A stretch of DNA of 64,000 bases from a virus. Positions 54,131 to 63,800 of the stretch are shown here, piece by piece. The position numbers were made by a program, and so were the translations under genes. The stretch is from IMG/VR virus record IMGVR_UViG_3300027091_000001, positions 3,711-67,710 of that record; one strand, given 5' to 3'. The stretch's first letter is position 1. The number at the start of each line of letters is the position of its first letter. A model generated the notes under the pieces. That model did not search any database. It was not told where the DNA came from and worked only from the letters and a program-made list of their open reading frames with translations.

Positions 54131-54310
54131 TTAATTTCCCCAAACCATGTCGAGGCTAACTTCATTGCCATTGGCATCGATTACCTCGACAACTTGAAGG
54201 TTGAGTGCCATAGCACGAACCCGAATCGAGAAGAAATCATCGTGGATTTCTGTATTGCTGAATCCTTTTTTTAGGATGTTGCTGTATGCGTAAAAAGTGA
54301 CTGTGAACAT
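54131..54310 (-). CDS. hypothetical protein, paralog of 7215..7394
   Basis: MFTVTFYAYSNILKKGFSNTEIHDDFFSIRVRAMALNLQV...EVSLDMVWGN. Confidence 0.8.
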   Translation of the reverse strand: MFTVTFYAYSNILKKGFSNTEIHDDFFSIRVRAMALNLQVVEVIDANGNEVSLDMVWGN

Positions 54311-54328
54311 GATTTCTTCCTCTTTCCG

Positions 54329-54373
54329 AACTTGATTGAATAGAGTATAGAACACTATTTATGTACTTGTCAA
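54329..54373 (-). promoter_or_regulatory. island promoter (TCAAGTT class)
   Basis: TTGACA-18-TATACT-8-TCAAGTTCG. Confidence 0.85.
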
Positions 54374-54402
54374 CCCTTTTGCAAAAAATAATCAAACTAT
54401 TT

Positions 54403-54996
54403 TTATGTATCGATAGTGACTAACCTGAAGCCTAGCCAATCATCCTTGAATAGTGGTGATTGACAGACTCTTGATTGACACATACCGTAAGTTTGTTCGG
54501 CTGAGTACCATGAACCCGTTACGAAGCATTTCTTACCCTCCTTAGAGTCTTGTAGCCATTCAGCGACATTGCCCGATACATCGAGAACTCCATAACCATT
54601 AAGATGTGTGTTATGAGTCCTTGTAACTGAAACCGTGCTGAACCGCCGTGACTTTACTGATGTCCAACTTAGACTGTCTAAGTAAATGTCACCCCAAGGA
54701 TATAGGGCTTTCGTCTTTTCTTGCCCACCACGGGCTATGAGAGTCCATTCATTGTCATATGGCAAGCGAACTGTATCTTGATAATAATTTTTTATCCAAG
54801 CACAGTAATCCTGAATGTTATGCCAGTTTAGGTTCACCATTGGGTGGTCTAAAATCCAACCAAATGCAGGGGTAGGCGGCATTGCCTTAGAATTCAATAA
54901 ACAGTAGTGCTTGTACATGGCTACGGTTACCGGGTACACGCCAACATTCATCTGTAAACCAACTTTAGTATACTTATAGTTTTCGTATGTAGTCAC
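54403..54996 (-). CDS. FGE-sulfatase (SUMF1/C-type lectin fold) domain protein
   Basis: YPVTV..Y, HPMVNLNW, RLPYDNEW..ARGG, YPWG, YGVLDVSGNVAEW, LGFRLV. Confidence 0.85.
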   Translation of the reverse strand: MTTYENYKYTKVGLQMNVGVYPVTVAMYKHYCLLNSKAMPPTPAFGWILDHPMVNLNWHNIQDYCAWIKNYYQDTVRLPYDNEWTLIARGGQEKTKALYPWGDIYLDSLSWTSVKSRRFSTVSVTRTHNTHLNGYGVLDVSGNVAEWLQDSKEGKKCFVTGSWYSAEQTYGMCQSRVCQSPLFKDDWLGFRLVTIDT

Positions 54997-55068
54997 TTAG
55001 GCATTACATCACATTTATTTATTCACAACACCGTTGACACCTATATTAGTTTATGTTACTGTATACAC

Positions 55069-55296
55069 ATGAGAAGAAAGAAAAATTGGAAGTCCAGCGA
55101 CTTCTTTTGTGTGCCAATTGTGTTCGAATGCCCTGAAAGAGCAATGCGATATTCAAAACGGATGATTGTAAAGTCCGTTGCATTTTCCGTTGATGGAAAG
55201 TGCTGGCTTCTCAATCCTGTTGATGCTCCGAAAATGAAGAAGGCGGGGTACATGATGCTTGATGAGCACATTGTGTCATTGATGCACGAGCCGTAA
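55069..55296 (+). CDS. hypothetical protein (leaderless)
   Basis: TTGACA-17-TACTGT-6-ATG. Confidence 0.6.
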   Translation: MRRKKNWKSSDFFCVPIVFECPERAMRYSKRMIVKSVAFSVDGKCWLLNPVDAPKMKKAGYMMLDEHIVSLMHEP

Positions 55297-55861
55297 GCAA
55301 CCGAGCGTCATCAACATGTGATTTGAGGCACTTGTGTGCTAGAGGACTCCACAGACGCATGATGTCAGGACAAACCTCACGATTACCATTCCACTTTCGA
55401 CTTGCTGTCATCTGAGCGTCTTCTGGGCTTAGCGGTGTCCACAGTGTTGTCAGGCAGTGAAGCGGCACACTTAGAAATTTGTTATCTACACGCACTCTGA
55501 CTGTAGATGGGGCAAGCCCATAACCCACTTTGCGGGGAGGAAACACGACTCGACATAACGTCCCACTTGGAATCGTAGTTTTTCCTCCGTAAGGCGTAAA
55601 CGAACTAGAGAACTCCATCAGGTTCCCTACCCTAATTTCGGGTTTTTCTTTTCTTGCACGGGATGTCACCTGAAGATGCATCGCCCATGCCGTTATGTAC
55701 CAGTCTCTAACAACGTGCAACTCATCTGATGAGACTACAACCGGAGTGTCTATAACTGAATCGTAATCAATCTCAATTCGATAACATTTGACGTTTAGCA
55801 ACAAGTCTTCGATGACACCGTACACGTCAATGACTTGAGCAAGAGGAACCAAGTTTCTCAT
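55211..55861 (-). CDS. hypothetical protein
   Basis: ATGA coupling to terL stop; 3' end overlaps opposite ORF. Confidence 0.55.
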   Translation of the reverse strand: MRNLVPLAQVIDVYGVIEDLLLNVKCYRIEIDYDSVIDTPVVVSSDELHVVRDWYITAWAMHLQVTSRARKEKPEIRVGNLMEFSSSFTPYGGKTTIPSGTLCRVVFPPRKVGYGLAPSTVRVRVDNKFLSVPLHCLTTLWTPLSPEDAQMTASRKWNGNREVCPDIMRLWSPLAHKCLKSHVDDARLLTARASMTQCAHQASCTPPSSFSEHQQD

Positions 55862-57294
55862 ACTGCTTGCATTGTCCTCCTTCGTATGACTTCATCGTAA
55901 GCGTCTACAACGGCATCGACAACGTCGTCGTGTCTTCCCAGTGGAAACATACGCATTTCATCAAGAACTTCGTTATTCCACTTGCCTTTAACCATGTAGA
56001 CGTTCCCGTGATTAATCTGGCTAACCAGTGCCTCTGCTCGGACAACTTTACTTCCGCTTGGCATATGAATCGACACTTTGAATCCATGCAACATCTTCAG
56101 GAGATACTTTGCCTGAGACCGTCCAGCCTGTGCTGGGTCTTGAGGTAATCGACACGTAGCCTCACGTCCATCAGCAATCGTAGTTTTTAGGATAAGGTCG
56201 TCACGCTCCTCAACATCGAACTGACCTCTAACCAAGTCTAGTATCCAGAACCGCCCCTGCTTATCGAGTGCCGCTTTGATGCCAACGGTGTAGTCACCAC
56301 TACCCTTGACTGAAGCCAAGTCCCATGCCCTTACGAGTTTAGCGATATCAGGGCCGTGTTCCATAATCGTAATCTTGTCTTGTTTGATAAACGAACCCGT
56401 CCTTTGAGTAGGTGTCTGTTGATACAAGGCAAGCCATGAGTACTCACCTTCGTTTTGCATCTGTACAGAGCGGATACGTTCGAGTGCATCAACTGGGTAT
56501 CTGTCAGGCCATAACGCTTCACCGAAGTTGCGTCCTAGAGGGTCGTCTGGTTCATCGGCAATCGCTGGGAGTTTAAGAACCGTCCAGCGATTTGGCTCCG
56601 ATTCAATAGCACGACTAATGATGTCGTCGTGATGCCATCGAGTAGCCACGATAATAATTGAACCACCGGGTTCAAGACGAGTATAAATATCGTCGGTGTA
56701 CCAGTCCCAAGCCTTTTCACGAGAGTTGGCGGACTCAGCATCTTCACGACTACGGATAGGGTCGTCGATGATGATGTGTTTAAATCCAACACCAGTTGGA
56801 GGAGAACCAACCCCACGACTCATGAACGTGCCGCCCTCAGGCATACCCCATTCATCCTGAGCCTTCGAACTCTCCATCAATGCTCGTCGCCCACTCACAA
56901 TTGAACGGGCTTTACGTGAGAAACGTCTGGCAATACGTTCATTGTAAGCAGTTACCAACACGTTTTCGTCTGGTTCACGCTCGAAACAGTACGCTCCGTA
57001 CCGCACAGTGATGGTTTCAGTCTTCCCGTGACGAGGTGGCATAGAGACGGCAAGGCGGTCTATCTCTCCACGGTCGATTGCGTCAAGGTGTTCACAGATA
57101 AGTTTGATGTGAGGGGGATTAGCATCCCATGCTTTTGGAAGTGTTAACCTGAGGTACTCGTGGTATTCACTGAGTGAGCCAACTTCAACCCCCTTGTGGT
57201 ACGGACTGAGTGGTGTCTTACCATCAGGACTCAGGTTCCTCTTCAGTGCCTCCTCCATCAGAACCTTGCGTAAGTAGGGAGATAATTTGGTCAT
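55858..57294 (-). CDS. terL: terminase large subunit
   Basis: SMPPRHGKT Walker A, IIIDDP Walker B, AWDLAS, HDDVVDA nuclease motif. Confidence 0.96.
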   Translation of the reverse strand: MTKLSPYLRKVLMEEALKRNLSPDGKTPLSPYHKGVEVGSLSEYHEYLRLTLPKAWDANPPHIKLICEHLDAIDRGEIDRLAVSMPPRHGKTETITVRYGAYCFEREPDENVLVTAYNERIARRFSRKARSIVSGRRALMESSKAQDEWGMPEGGTFMSRGVGSPPTGVGFKHIIIDDPIRSREDAESANSREKAWDWYTDDIYTRLEPGGSIIIVATRWHHDDIISRAIESEPNRWTVLKLPAIADEPDDPLGRNFGEALWPDRYPVDALERIRSVQMQNEGEYSWLALYQQTPTQRTGSFIKQDKITIMEHGPDIAKLVRAWDLASVKGSGDYTVGIKAALDKQGRFWILDLVRGQFDVEERDDLILKTTIADGREATCRLPQDPAQAGRSQAKYLLKMLHGFKVSIHMPSGSKVVRAEALVSQINHGNVYMVKGKWNNEVLDEMRMFPLGRHDDVVDAVVDAYDEVIRRRTMQAV

Positions 57295-57673
57295 TCGAAA
57301 GTTCCTTCACTGTAATCTGTTGCTTACGTCCCCAGCGTTCAGAATGACCACGTTCCAGTAGCCATGCCGCCGCCGACCAATTCTCCTCGGACGCTTTGCG
57401 AACACGGGCAATAAGCCCTACCTCACCTTTAGCCTGTGCTTGCCTTACCTTCTGGGCAAACTCGACATACTCTATGTAAGCAGGACGTTCATGTCCATGC
57501 TCACCACGAGCAATCCATTTCTTGAGCGTGTCATACGACACACCAGCCGCTTCTGCCGCTATCTTTAGTGTTGCACCAGCAGTGACCGCATCGAGTACTA
57601 ACTTTTCAGATGTCTCTGTCAACAGTGACCGTCGCCCATTCGGGCTTTTGCGTTCTTCGCCATAGCCTTCCAT
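57224..57673 (-). CDS. terS: terminase small subunit
   Basis: HTH (AAEAAGVSYDTLKKW), WSAAAWLLER; directly upstream of terL. Confidence 0.8.
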   Translation of the reverse strand: MEGYGEERKSPNGRRSLLTETSEKLVLDAVTAGATLKIAAEAAGVSYDTLKKWIARGEHGHERPAYIEYVEFAQKVRQAQAKGEVGLIARVRKASEENWSAAAWLLERGHSERWGRKQQITVKELSNDQIISLLTQGSDGGGTEEEPES

Positions 57674-58299
57674 TATTCAACTAGCCTCGCTTTTCGTCGT
57701 GTAATTTTTTCCCAGTAAGAGAGAAGTGCGTCACACACATTTGTGTCTTTGCCTACAATGAGTTCAGCATCGTCTAGTTGCCACACTTGACCGACGGCAC
57801 AACGCTCCTCGGGAGTTTCTTGCTCCGTCTTGTTGTCTTCAGATAACGATTCCGATGCATCCGTGGCTGACTTAGCAAGAAGCCCTATTAGTTCATCAAG
57901 GTCACCATCCTCAAATCCAGTTCCAGCCAAACCTTGTTCAGTCGCAATCAGCGTGGACAACAACTCGGCTAAGCCTGATTCATCGTCTATCCCAAGCCTA
58001 GTTGTTCGGTTGTCAACAAGCAACAGCCTAATCTCGTCACGTTCATCTATATCAACGTACTCAACTGGAATCTTTTCAAAACCCAACTGAACTGCCGCCA
58101 TATATCGATGGTTTCCAGCAAGAATGTGGTTGTTCCGTTTGTTGACTACAATCCGTCCATAGAATCCATTCCTTTGAATTGACTCAATGATTGCACCAAC
58201 GTCTCCTTGGTTAACATTATTCACATGGGGCTTCAGTAGTTTGACATCTACCTCTGCCGTCATCATGTTGATTGTCATGCAATGTCTTTCTTTAGCCAA
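57673..58299 (-). CDS. ParB/Srx-like domain protein
   Basis: HILAGNHRYMAAVQLG; close paralog of N-half of 10599 ORF. Confidence 0.85.
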   Translation of the reverse strand: MAKERHCMTINMMTAEVDVKLLKPHVNNVNQGDVGAIIESIQRNGFYGRIVVNKRNNHILAGNHRYMAAVQLGFEKIPVEYVDIDERDEIRLLLVDNRTTRLGIDDESGLAELLSTLIATEQGLAGTGFEDGDLDELIGLLAKSATDASESLSEDNKTEQETPEERCAVGQVWQLDDAELIVGKDTNVCDALLSYWEKITRRKARLVE

Positions 58300-58622
58300 A
58301 CTTCGTCATAACCAAGAATTTCCATATTCTCAATCCTGATAGGGAAGATGCGATGAGACTTCTTTGCTACAACTTCACCTAATTCATCGAGGTGCAATTC
58401 AATGCCACGAAGGATAACAAGAGTATGCTCGCCAACAATATCTTCTTCTATAAGTCCAAACCTATACTTGCCGTCTTTCGAACTACGGTAGCGTACTCGT
58501 GTTCCTTTTTGCGTCACGTCAAGCGATTCTCTTTTTTTAAATCGCCCTGAATTAACGCCAAGTGTATATGTAACTACATTCGTTACAAACAAGACAATTA
58601 TTGAATTGATATCTATGCCCAT
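58275..58622 (-). CDS. hypothetical protein with N-terminal TM
   Basis: 115-aa ORF. Confidence 0.6.
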   Translation of the reverse strand: MGIDINSIIVLFVTNVVTYTLGVNSGRFKKRESLDVTQKGTRVRYRSSKDGKYRFGLIEEDIVGEHTLVILRGIELHLDELGEVVAKKSHRIFPIRIENMEILGYDEVWLKKDIA

Positions 58623-59362
58623 TTTTTATTCCACCTTTCCATTCCTTCTTTGGACGTGCTTTTATTGCGACTCGCCATGTACAGTGCAACTGCTCTCTTA
58701 GCGACGCTTAGGTTCACAAAGTGCTTATTCTGTGTAAACCCACCAGCCTCCCGGACAAATTGAGCCCTAACGTCTTCAGGTATCTTATCTAACTCATCAC
58801 CAAGTTCAGCCCGATTGGTAGCATCCATAACCATGTTGGCGGACGTTAGTGTTTGTGCAACTTTTACCGCCTCATCCGCACCAGCAACATTTTCGACTCG
58901 ACTGACTATATTGGCTACAAACTCGTCACGCCCCCTATCTCCAGTTGGACGCAAGTATTCAACCCAGTCAAATAGATTATGCTGTTGATTTTGCTCACGA
59001 GCCTCAATCTGAGGAACTGGCTGGAATGTTGCTATCTGCCTAGCCTGATACGTCCCACCATCAATTCCGTAAGGGAGGTCAAGAATGCCGCAAACCTTTT
59101 TTGTTACATCTTCGTAGGTTGGTCGGAATCGTTGACTACGAATCCAATACCGTAGTTCCCAGACTTCAGGCGACTCAACACTAAATTGTTGGCGGTTCCT
59201 ATCCATTTTAGATTCACATACACGTTTGCGTAACGGTGAGAGAGTTTTAGTGTATGAATCAACATCCATCTTGTCCATCTCTACGCCCCCGATGCGTGAA
59301 ATGTCGCTCATGATGTCCCTCCAAACCTGAACCCATGCTTTTTGTCCTTCAGTAGTATTCAT
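58613..59362 (-). CDS. hypothetical protein, weak resemblance to phage helicase loader/inhibitor (G39P-like) N-terminus
   Basis: YTKTLSPL...WIRSQRFRPTYEDV; leaderless promoter TTGACA-18-TACTAT-6-ATG. Confidence 0.5.
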   Translation of the reverse strand: MNTTEGQKAWVQVWRDIMSDISRIGGVEMDKMDVDSYTKTLSPLRKRVCESKMDRNRQQFSVESPEVWELRYWIRSQRFRPTYEDVTKKVCGILDLPYGIDGGTYQARQIATFQPVPQIEAREQNQQHNLFDWVEYLRPTGDRGRDEFVANIVSRVENVAGADEAVKVAQTLTSANMVMDATNRAELGDELDKIPEDVRAQFVREAGGFTQNKHFVNLSVAKRAVALYMASRNKSTSKEGMERWNKKWA

Positions 59363-59436
59363 GTGTATATAGTACTTGCACTATATACACATTGTCAACA
59401 GGCTAAAATTATTTTAATAAATATACGACTATACTA

Positions 59437-59481
59437 TTGACAAGTTGTATTTGATGTGTAACAATCTAAGTAATCAGGTTC
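59437..59481 (+). promoter_or_regulatory. island promoter (TCAGGTT variant)
   Basis: TTGACA-17-AACAAT-7-TCAGGTTCG. Confidence 0.7.
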
Positions 59482-59495
59482 GGTTGGAGAAAATC

Positions 59496-59852
59496 ATGGA
59501 AACAATGCTCATCAACTTCATCAACGACATCGTCCTCGCTGAGGGCTACGATGTCTACCTATATGTAGAGGACACTGACCCACTGTCAGATGAAATCCAT
59601 CGATGTGAGCCTCAAACGGCTACCGTCGGTGGACTCCTTTGGGGACGCACCCGTATAGACGGGGTGTACAGCAACTTTGATGACCTGAGTGACAACTCAG
59701 TCCTAACCAGTGCAATCGCTCAGTGCATTGCATACCCAATCAGGGATGTTTATACCGAATATCAAAAACAAGGTGCATACATCCGGGTGACAACGGAGAA
59801 CCTAAACTTCTACGAATTCACCGTTTGGGCAAGATGGAAGGTCTTTGCATAA
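59496..59852 (+). CDS. acidic hypothetical protein
   Basis: Start METMLIN after GGAG. Confidence 0.7.
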   Translation: METMLINFINDIVLAEGYDVYLYVEDTDPLSDEIHRCEPQTATVGGLLWGRTRIDGVYSNFDDLSDNSVLTSAIAQCIAYPIRDVYTEYQKQGAYIRVTTENLNFYEFTVWARWKVFA

Positions 59853-59878
59853 TAAATAAAAAATACTTTACTTTGTAC

Positions 59879-59923
59879 TTGACAACTAAGTAAAGTATGT
59901 CCTATACTATAATCAATCAAGTT
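59879..59923 (+). promoter_or_regulatory. island promoter (TCAAGTT class)
   Basis: TTGACA-18-TATACT-8-TCAAGTT. Confidence 0.85.
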
Positions 59924-59937
59924 TGAAGAGGAAACAA

Positions 59938-60171
59938 ATGTACACAATCAACGAAATCAGAATCAAAAGCGGGAACGTGCAAGTGCAAGTACTTGCAATC
60001 CCAACCCACACCAACGTGTGGGTCATCGTTGACACAGACGGTGCAACTAGCCACCGTGGAACAATGAATATGGTGTTCGGTGAGTTCGAGCACACGTTCG
60101 TTGACATGATGACCCCAGCGATGGCGGTCAATCATCTCCTCCAAGAGATGGAAGGGAAAGAAGTAGTATGA
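59938..60171 (+). CDS. hypothetical protein
   Basis: Start MYTINEIRI after GAAGAGG. Confidence 0.75.
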   Translation: MYTINEIRIKSGNVQVQVLAIPTHTNVWVIVDTDGATSHRGTMNMVFGEFEHTFVDMMTPAMAVNHLLQEMEGKEVV

Positions 60172-60446
60172 CTCCCCTTTACTCGCAAAATTGCGAATCG
60201 TGCATATTCCTCGGCTCCTTTAATGAGGCTGACCTCTACCTGTGCTACGGGTATCACCAACGTGATGGAGGATGCCTCGTAGCGAGGCACTCCTCTGACT
60301 GTTCTGACAACGTATGTTGGAACTTCGCTGACATCGAGCGAATCGGATTGGCGACTATTGCCAGACCAGAAATTGCTGAGGCGTATCGCCGAGCAGTGAA
60401 TCACCCTTTGTTTACTGATACACTTGACACAAGGAGAATCAAATGA
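60168..60446 (+). CDS. Cys/His-containing hypothetical protein
   Basis: ATGA coupling; CESCIFLG..DLYLC. Confidence 0.7.
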   Translation: MTPLYSQNCESCIFLGSFNEADLYLCYGYHQRDGGCLVARHSSDCSDNVCWNFADIERIGLATIARPEIAEAYRRAVNHPLFTDTLDTRRIK

Positions 60447-60781
60447 ATCCAATTGACGCAAGTACTTACACTGATATCGAGGCGTACCGTAACGAGGTTG
60501 TAAAAGCCATCTCACAGACCTCACCAGACTTCTACAGGAACTTTAAAGTAATCGCCTTAGATAACTCAAAAGATGTTGTATGTTTCGCTGTAGAAAAAAC
60601 GGGTACAAACGTCATTGACCTCGTTGGCTCAGGAACTCTAGAAACGGTTATCAGCACATGTGCATTGTTTCAGGACGGAATCCCAAGTAACGATATCGTA
60701 GAGGCTGTTACTGAAGAGAAGGTTAAAGTACTGGCAACTAAACTTATCAAACGACTACCATTGCCAGACGTTGAACTGTAA
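60443..60781 (+). CDS. hypothetical protein
   Basis: ATGA coupling. Confidence 0.7.
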   Translation: MNPIDASTYTDIEAYRNEVVKAISQTSPDFYRNFKVIALDNSKDVVCFAVEKTGTNVIDLVGSGTLETVISTCALFQDGIPSNDIVEAVTEEKVKVLATKLIKRLPLPDVEL

Positions 60782-60848
60782 GCCCTCACAAGCCCCGTAC
60801 AGCCCCGTTTAGTTCGGGGCTTATTAGTTTTACGGGTAATAATAAACA

Positions 60849-63800
60849 ATGCCTTATTTGGACACTACTCGGACTAGCACACTGACGATGGACTACTCGT
60901 TTAGTATTGCAAACCGCATGTATCAACCCGGATACCTTATTCCTCCTGAAGACGAATACACATTTAAAAACCATAACTTGACAATGAGTGGTCACCTTGG
61001 TTTCTTAGCAACTGTCACTATCCATATAGCGGCAGTGCCAAACTCAACAGACCCGCCATACGCCGGAGGTTTTAATTTCTCAATTCCTTGGAACTGGAAA
61101 GTCTATGCAACCATCAACTGTAACAATGGACACGGTGTAAACACGACGGTTAATGTTGACTTACATACGTTTACGGGAGTGTCAACAAGCACAAACTTTA
61201 TTGACTTCGCCAGCACTATTAGTGGAAGTCTGAGTTGTACAGTCGGCACAGATGTGCTTTGGGATGTGACCGTCACAGGGCAAACGGAACCCCCTACTAT
61301 TACAACCGTTACGTGGCCTCAACCGACTGCTTATCGTTGGTATGAGCGAGCAACGGTTGGGAGCACGGCTACAACTACACTGACAGTGAATTCATCGTAT
61401 GGGGCTGGCGGTAGCGGGTCTCACACAGCAACTGGGACAGTCGCCAGCATCAGACCTCCAGCGACCTACAATGCCGCAATTGCTTCAAGTAGTACAATCA
61501 GTTCACCCATATCTACATCAACAACGATTACTGTAGCCGAAGTCAAAGTCAATGGAAAGTATGTAAAAACATACACGCATAGTCATAGTTATGGCTCACA
61601 GACAGCAAGCATGTTTTCTATGACACTTCAGTCTATTGCCGGAAGTCTGTACAGTGCAACGGGAACAATATCAACGACGAGTTACCTAACTCGACTCGTA
61701 TCCCTTCGTGGAAACTACCGAGCATGGAAGAATGCATATACCGATGTACTCCGCTTAAATGTCTATGGCTTTGATTACGAAACATCTGCTTATAGGGCTT
61801 TGACATCTAGTAGCGGTGCAATTGGTGGCGTTGAACCAACGGATACACTTGATTACTACTCAACCACAACTGTTCTCAATACAGGTTCTAGCAACACACT
61901 TACCACAGCACTCAATCAAGTGCCGCCCTTAATCTATGCGTTGACAGATACGACCGACCTCATAGCAAATGGCGAGTTGGCTACTGAGAACCGATTCCTC
62001 TTCAGGGGATGGCAGTTCGACGGGATGACTACAGTGCATGATGTCAACAAAAGCATCAGCATATCAGGGTTGAGTAATACATATGCCAATAACGTCAATA
62101 TGTCGGCATATAGGTACTTGTCAATCGACATAAATTCAGTCGGGACAACAATAGGAAGTTTAGTCATCACAAGTATGCCCGGAGCAAGAACCAAACAATG
62201 GAATATTGCTCTTGGGAACGGCAACAACGTTTTACTTATAGACCTTTGTGCCCCACCACTTGAAACTGCTAGTGTAGACTCTCAAGACGTGCCTTTGCCT
62301 CGAATAAATCCTGATATGGCTCATAACGCAACTTATGTTGGAACGGCACAACAGGATGGGCCTTATTGGGGAATCACCAGAGTCAGTAGTATCGTTTTTA
62401 CCCCTGCTAGTGGAGCATCTTGGACTCTCAACTCGTTGACACTGACAAGAAATGCAAGACCAGATACAACTCAGAACTTTGTATATACATCCAGAGACTA
62501 TAGTGTTGAGCGAATCACTAAAGCAGTTGTTTCAGAAGCGGATACTACCACTACCTTCAAATGCCGTCGCTTCTGGCAACAAGACTCAGTTGCTCGTACT
62601 GAAGAAGAGTCAGATGTTCATTGGGAAATAACAGTTGGCGGAGCAACTGGTGTCACTGTAACCACTATCTTTGGGAGAACCATTGCAAACCTTGTTGACG
62701 ATATTAATGCTACAGATGCACTCAGTGGATACGGTGGCAATGTAATACGGCACAACGGATGGACAGCAACTAAGTCTGTGGCACAACCGGGAGGGGCTAC
62801 GTGTACAGTCAGTCAGCCACCACTAAGAGATTGTTTTCTTAATGGAGATACTGGATATGCGTCTTGGGTGTACGGAGGCGGAATCCTATGCACTCCAACG
62901 ATTTCACCCGGTACTGGAACAACATTCACTTACGGCTTTAATATTGTCCCCGGATTGCATAAGGCTCAAACACTATTTGACTCCATTAATGGTGACTTTA
63001 TTCCGGATATCGATGACCCATTCAACATAAGCACTGCCGGACTTAGTAGTGGAAATCCAATTTTTGAAGGGCTTATCCTTGCAGGGGGGAACATTTTTAG
63101 AGGGCCTGCTCATGGAATCGTTTTAAACTCAGGTTCAACAGCAACGCCAAATGTTGGAGCAACCGTTGACTTGATACGTACAAGTAATGGGGCTGTAAGA
63201 GGAACGGCAATTACTGGAACGTATGGTCAATTTGAAACCGATAACCCCTTTGCCCAGAACACCATAATAAACTTTGCTCGATTTGCAACACTGAACATCA
63301 CTGGAACATATCATTCAAGTAAGAGGAATCGAAACGCATTCAGACATACAATTGCAACAGGTGATAGTTTGTCGTCACATAATCACGACTATTCACTAAT
63401 GCACTTATACTCAGAGAATTCATCCGTATTCAGCAATAGGTTGACGTTTTATATATCTCCTGACAATGGTGCAACATGGAACATCACAGACACAGGGATT
63501 TCGACCCTCAGTACAGCGAGTGGAGGCGGTCACAGTACCCGACTGCCGTTTACCGCTGATAGCCGGAAGATTTGGCTAACATATACTCCGGGCGGTAGAA
63601 CAAATCCAAACCAACTTATAACCAGATATACCGAGAACGAAGGGAGTACGTGGAGTTCAGTGATAGTTTTAGCAAACCCAGCATTTAGACCAACGACGTG
63701 TGTCGGAGCCAACGGATTTGAGTACCTGTTCTATTACACGAGCAACAGTACAGCCAGTGCCTTGTCCATTGACTCAATTACTCGTGACACGGACAGCAAC

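Noticed and set aside
54403-54996. Diversity-generating retroelement
   Set aside because: No reverse transcriptase, Avd or template repeat seen in the window
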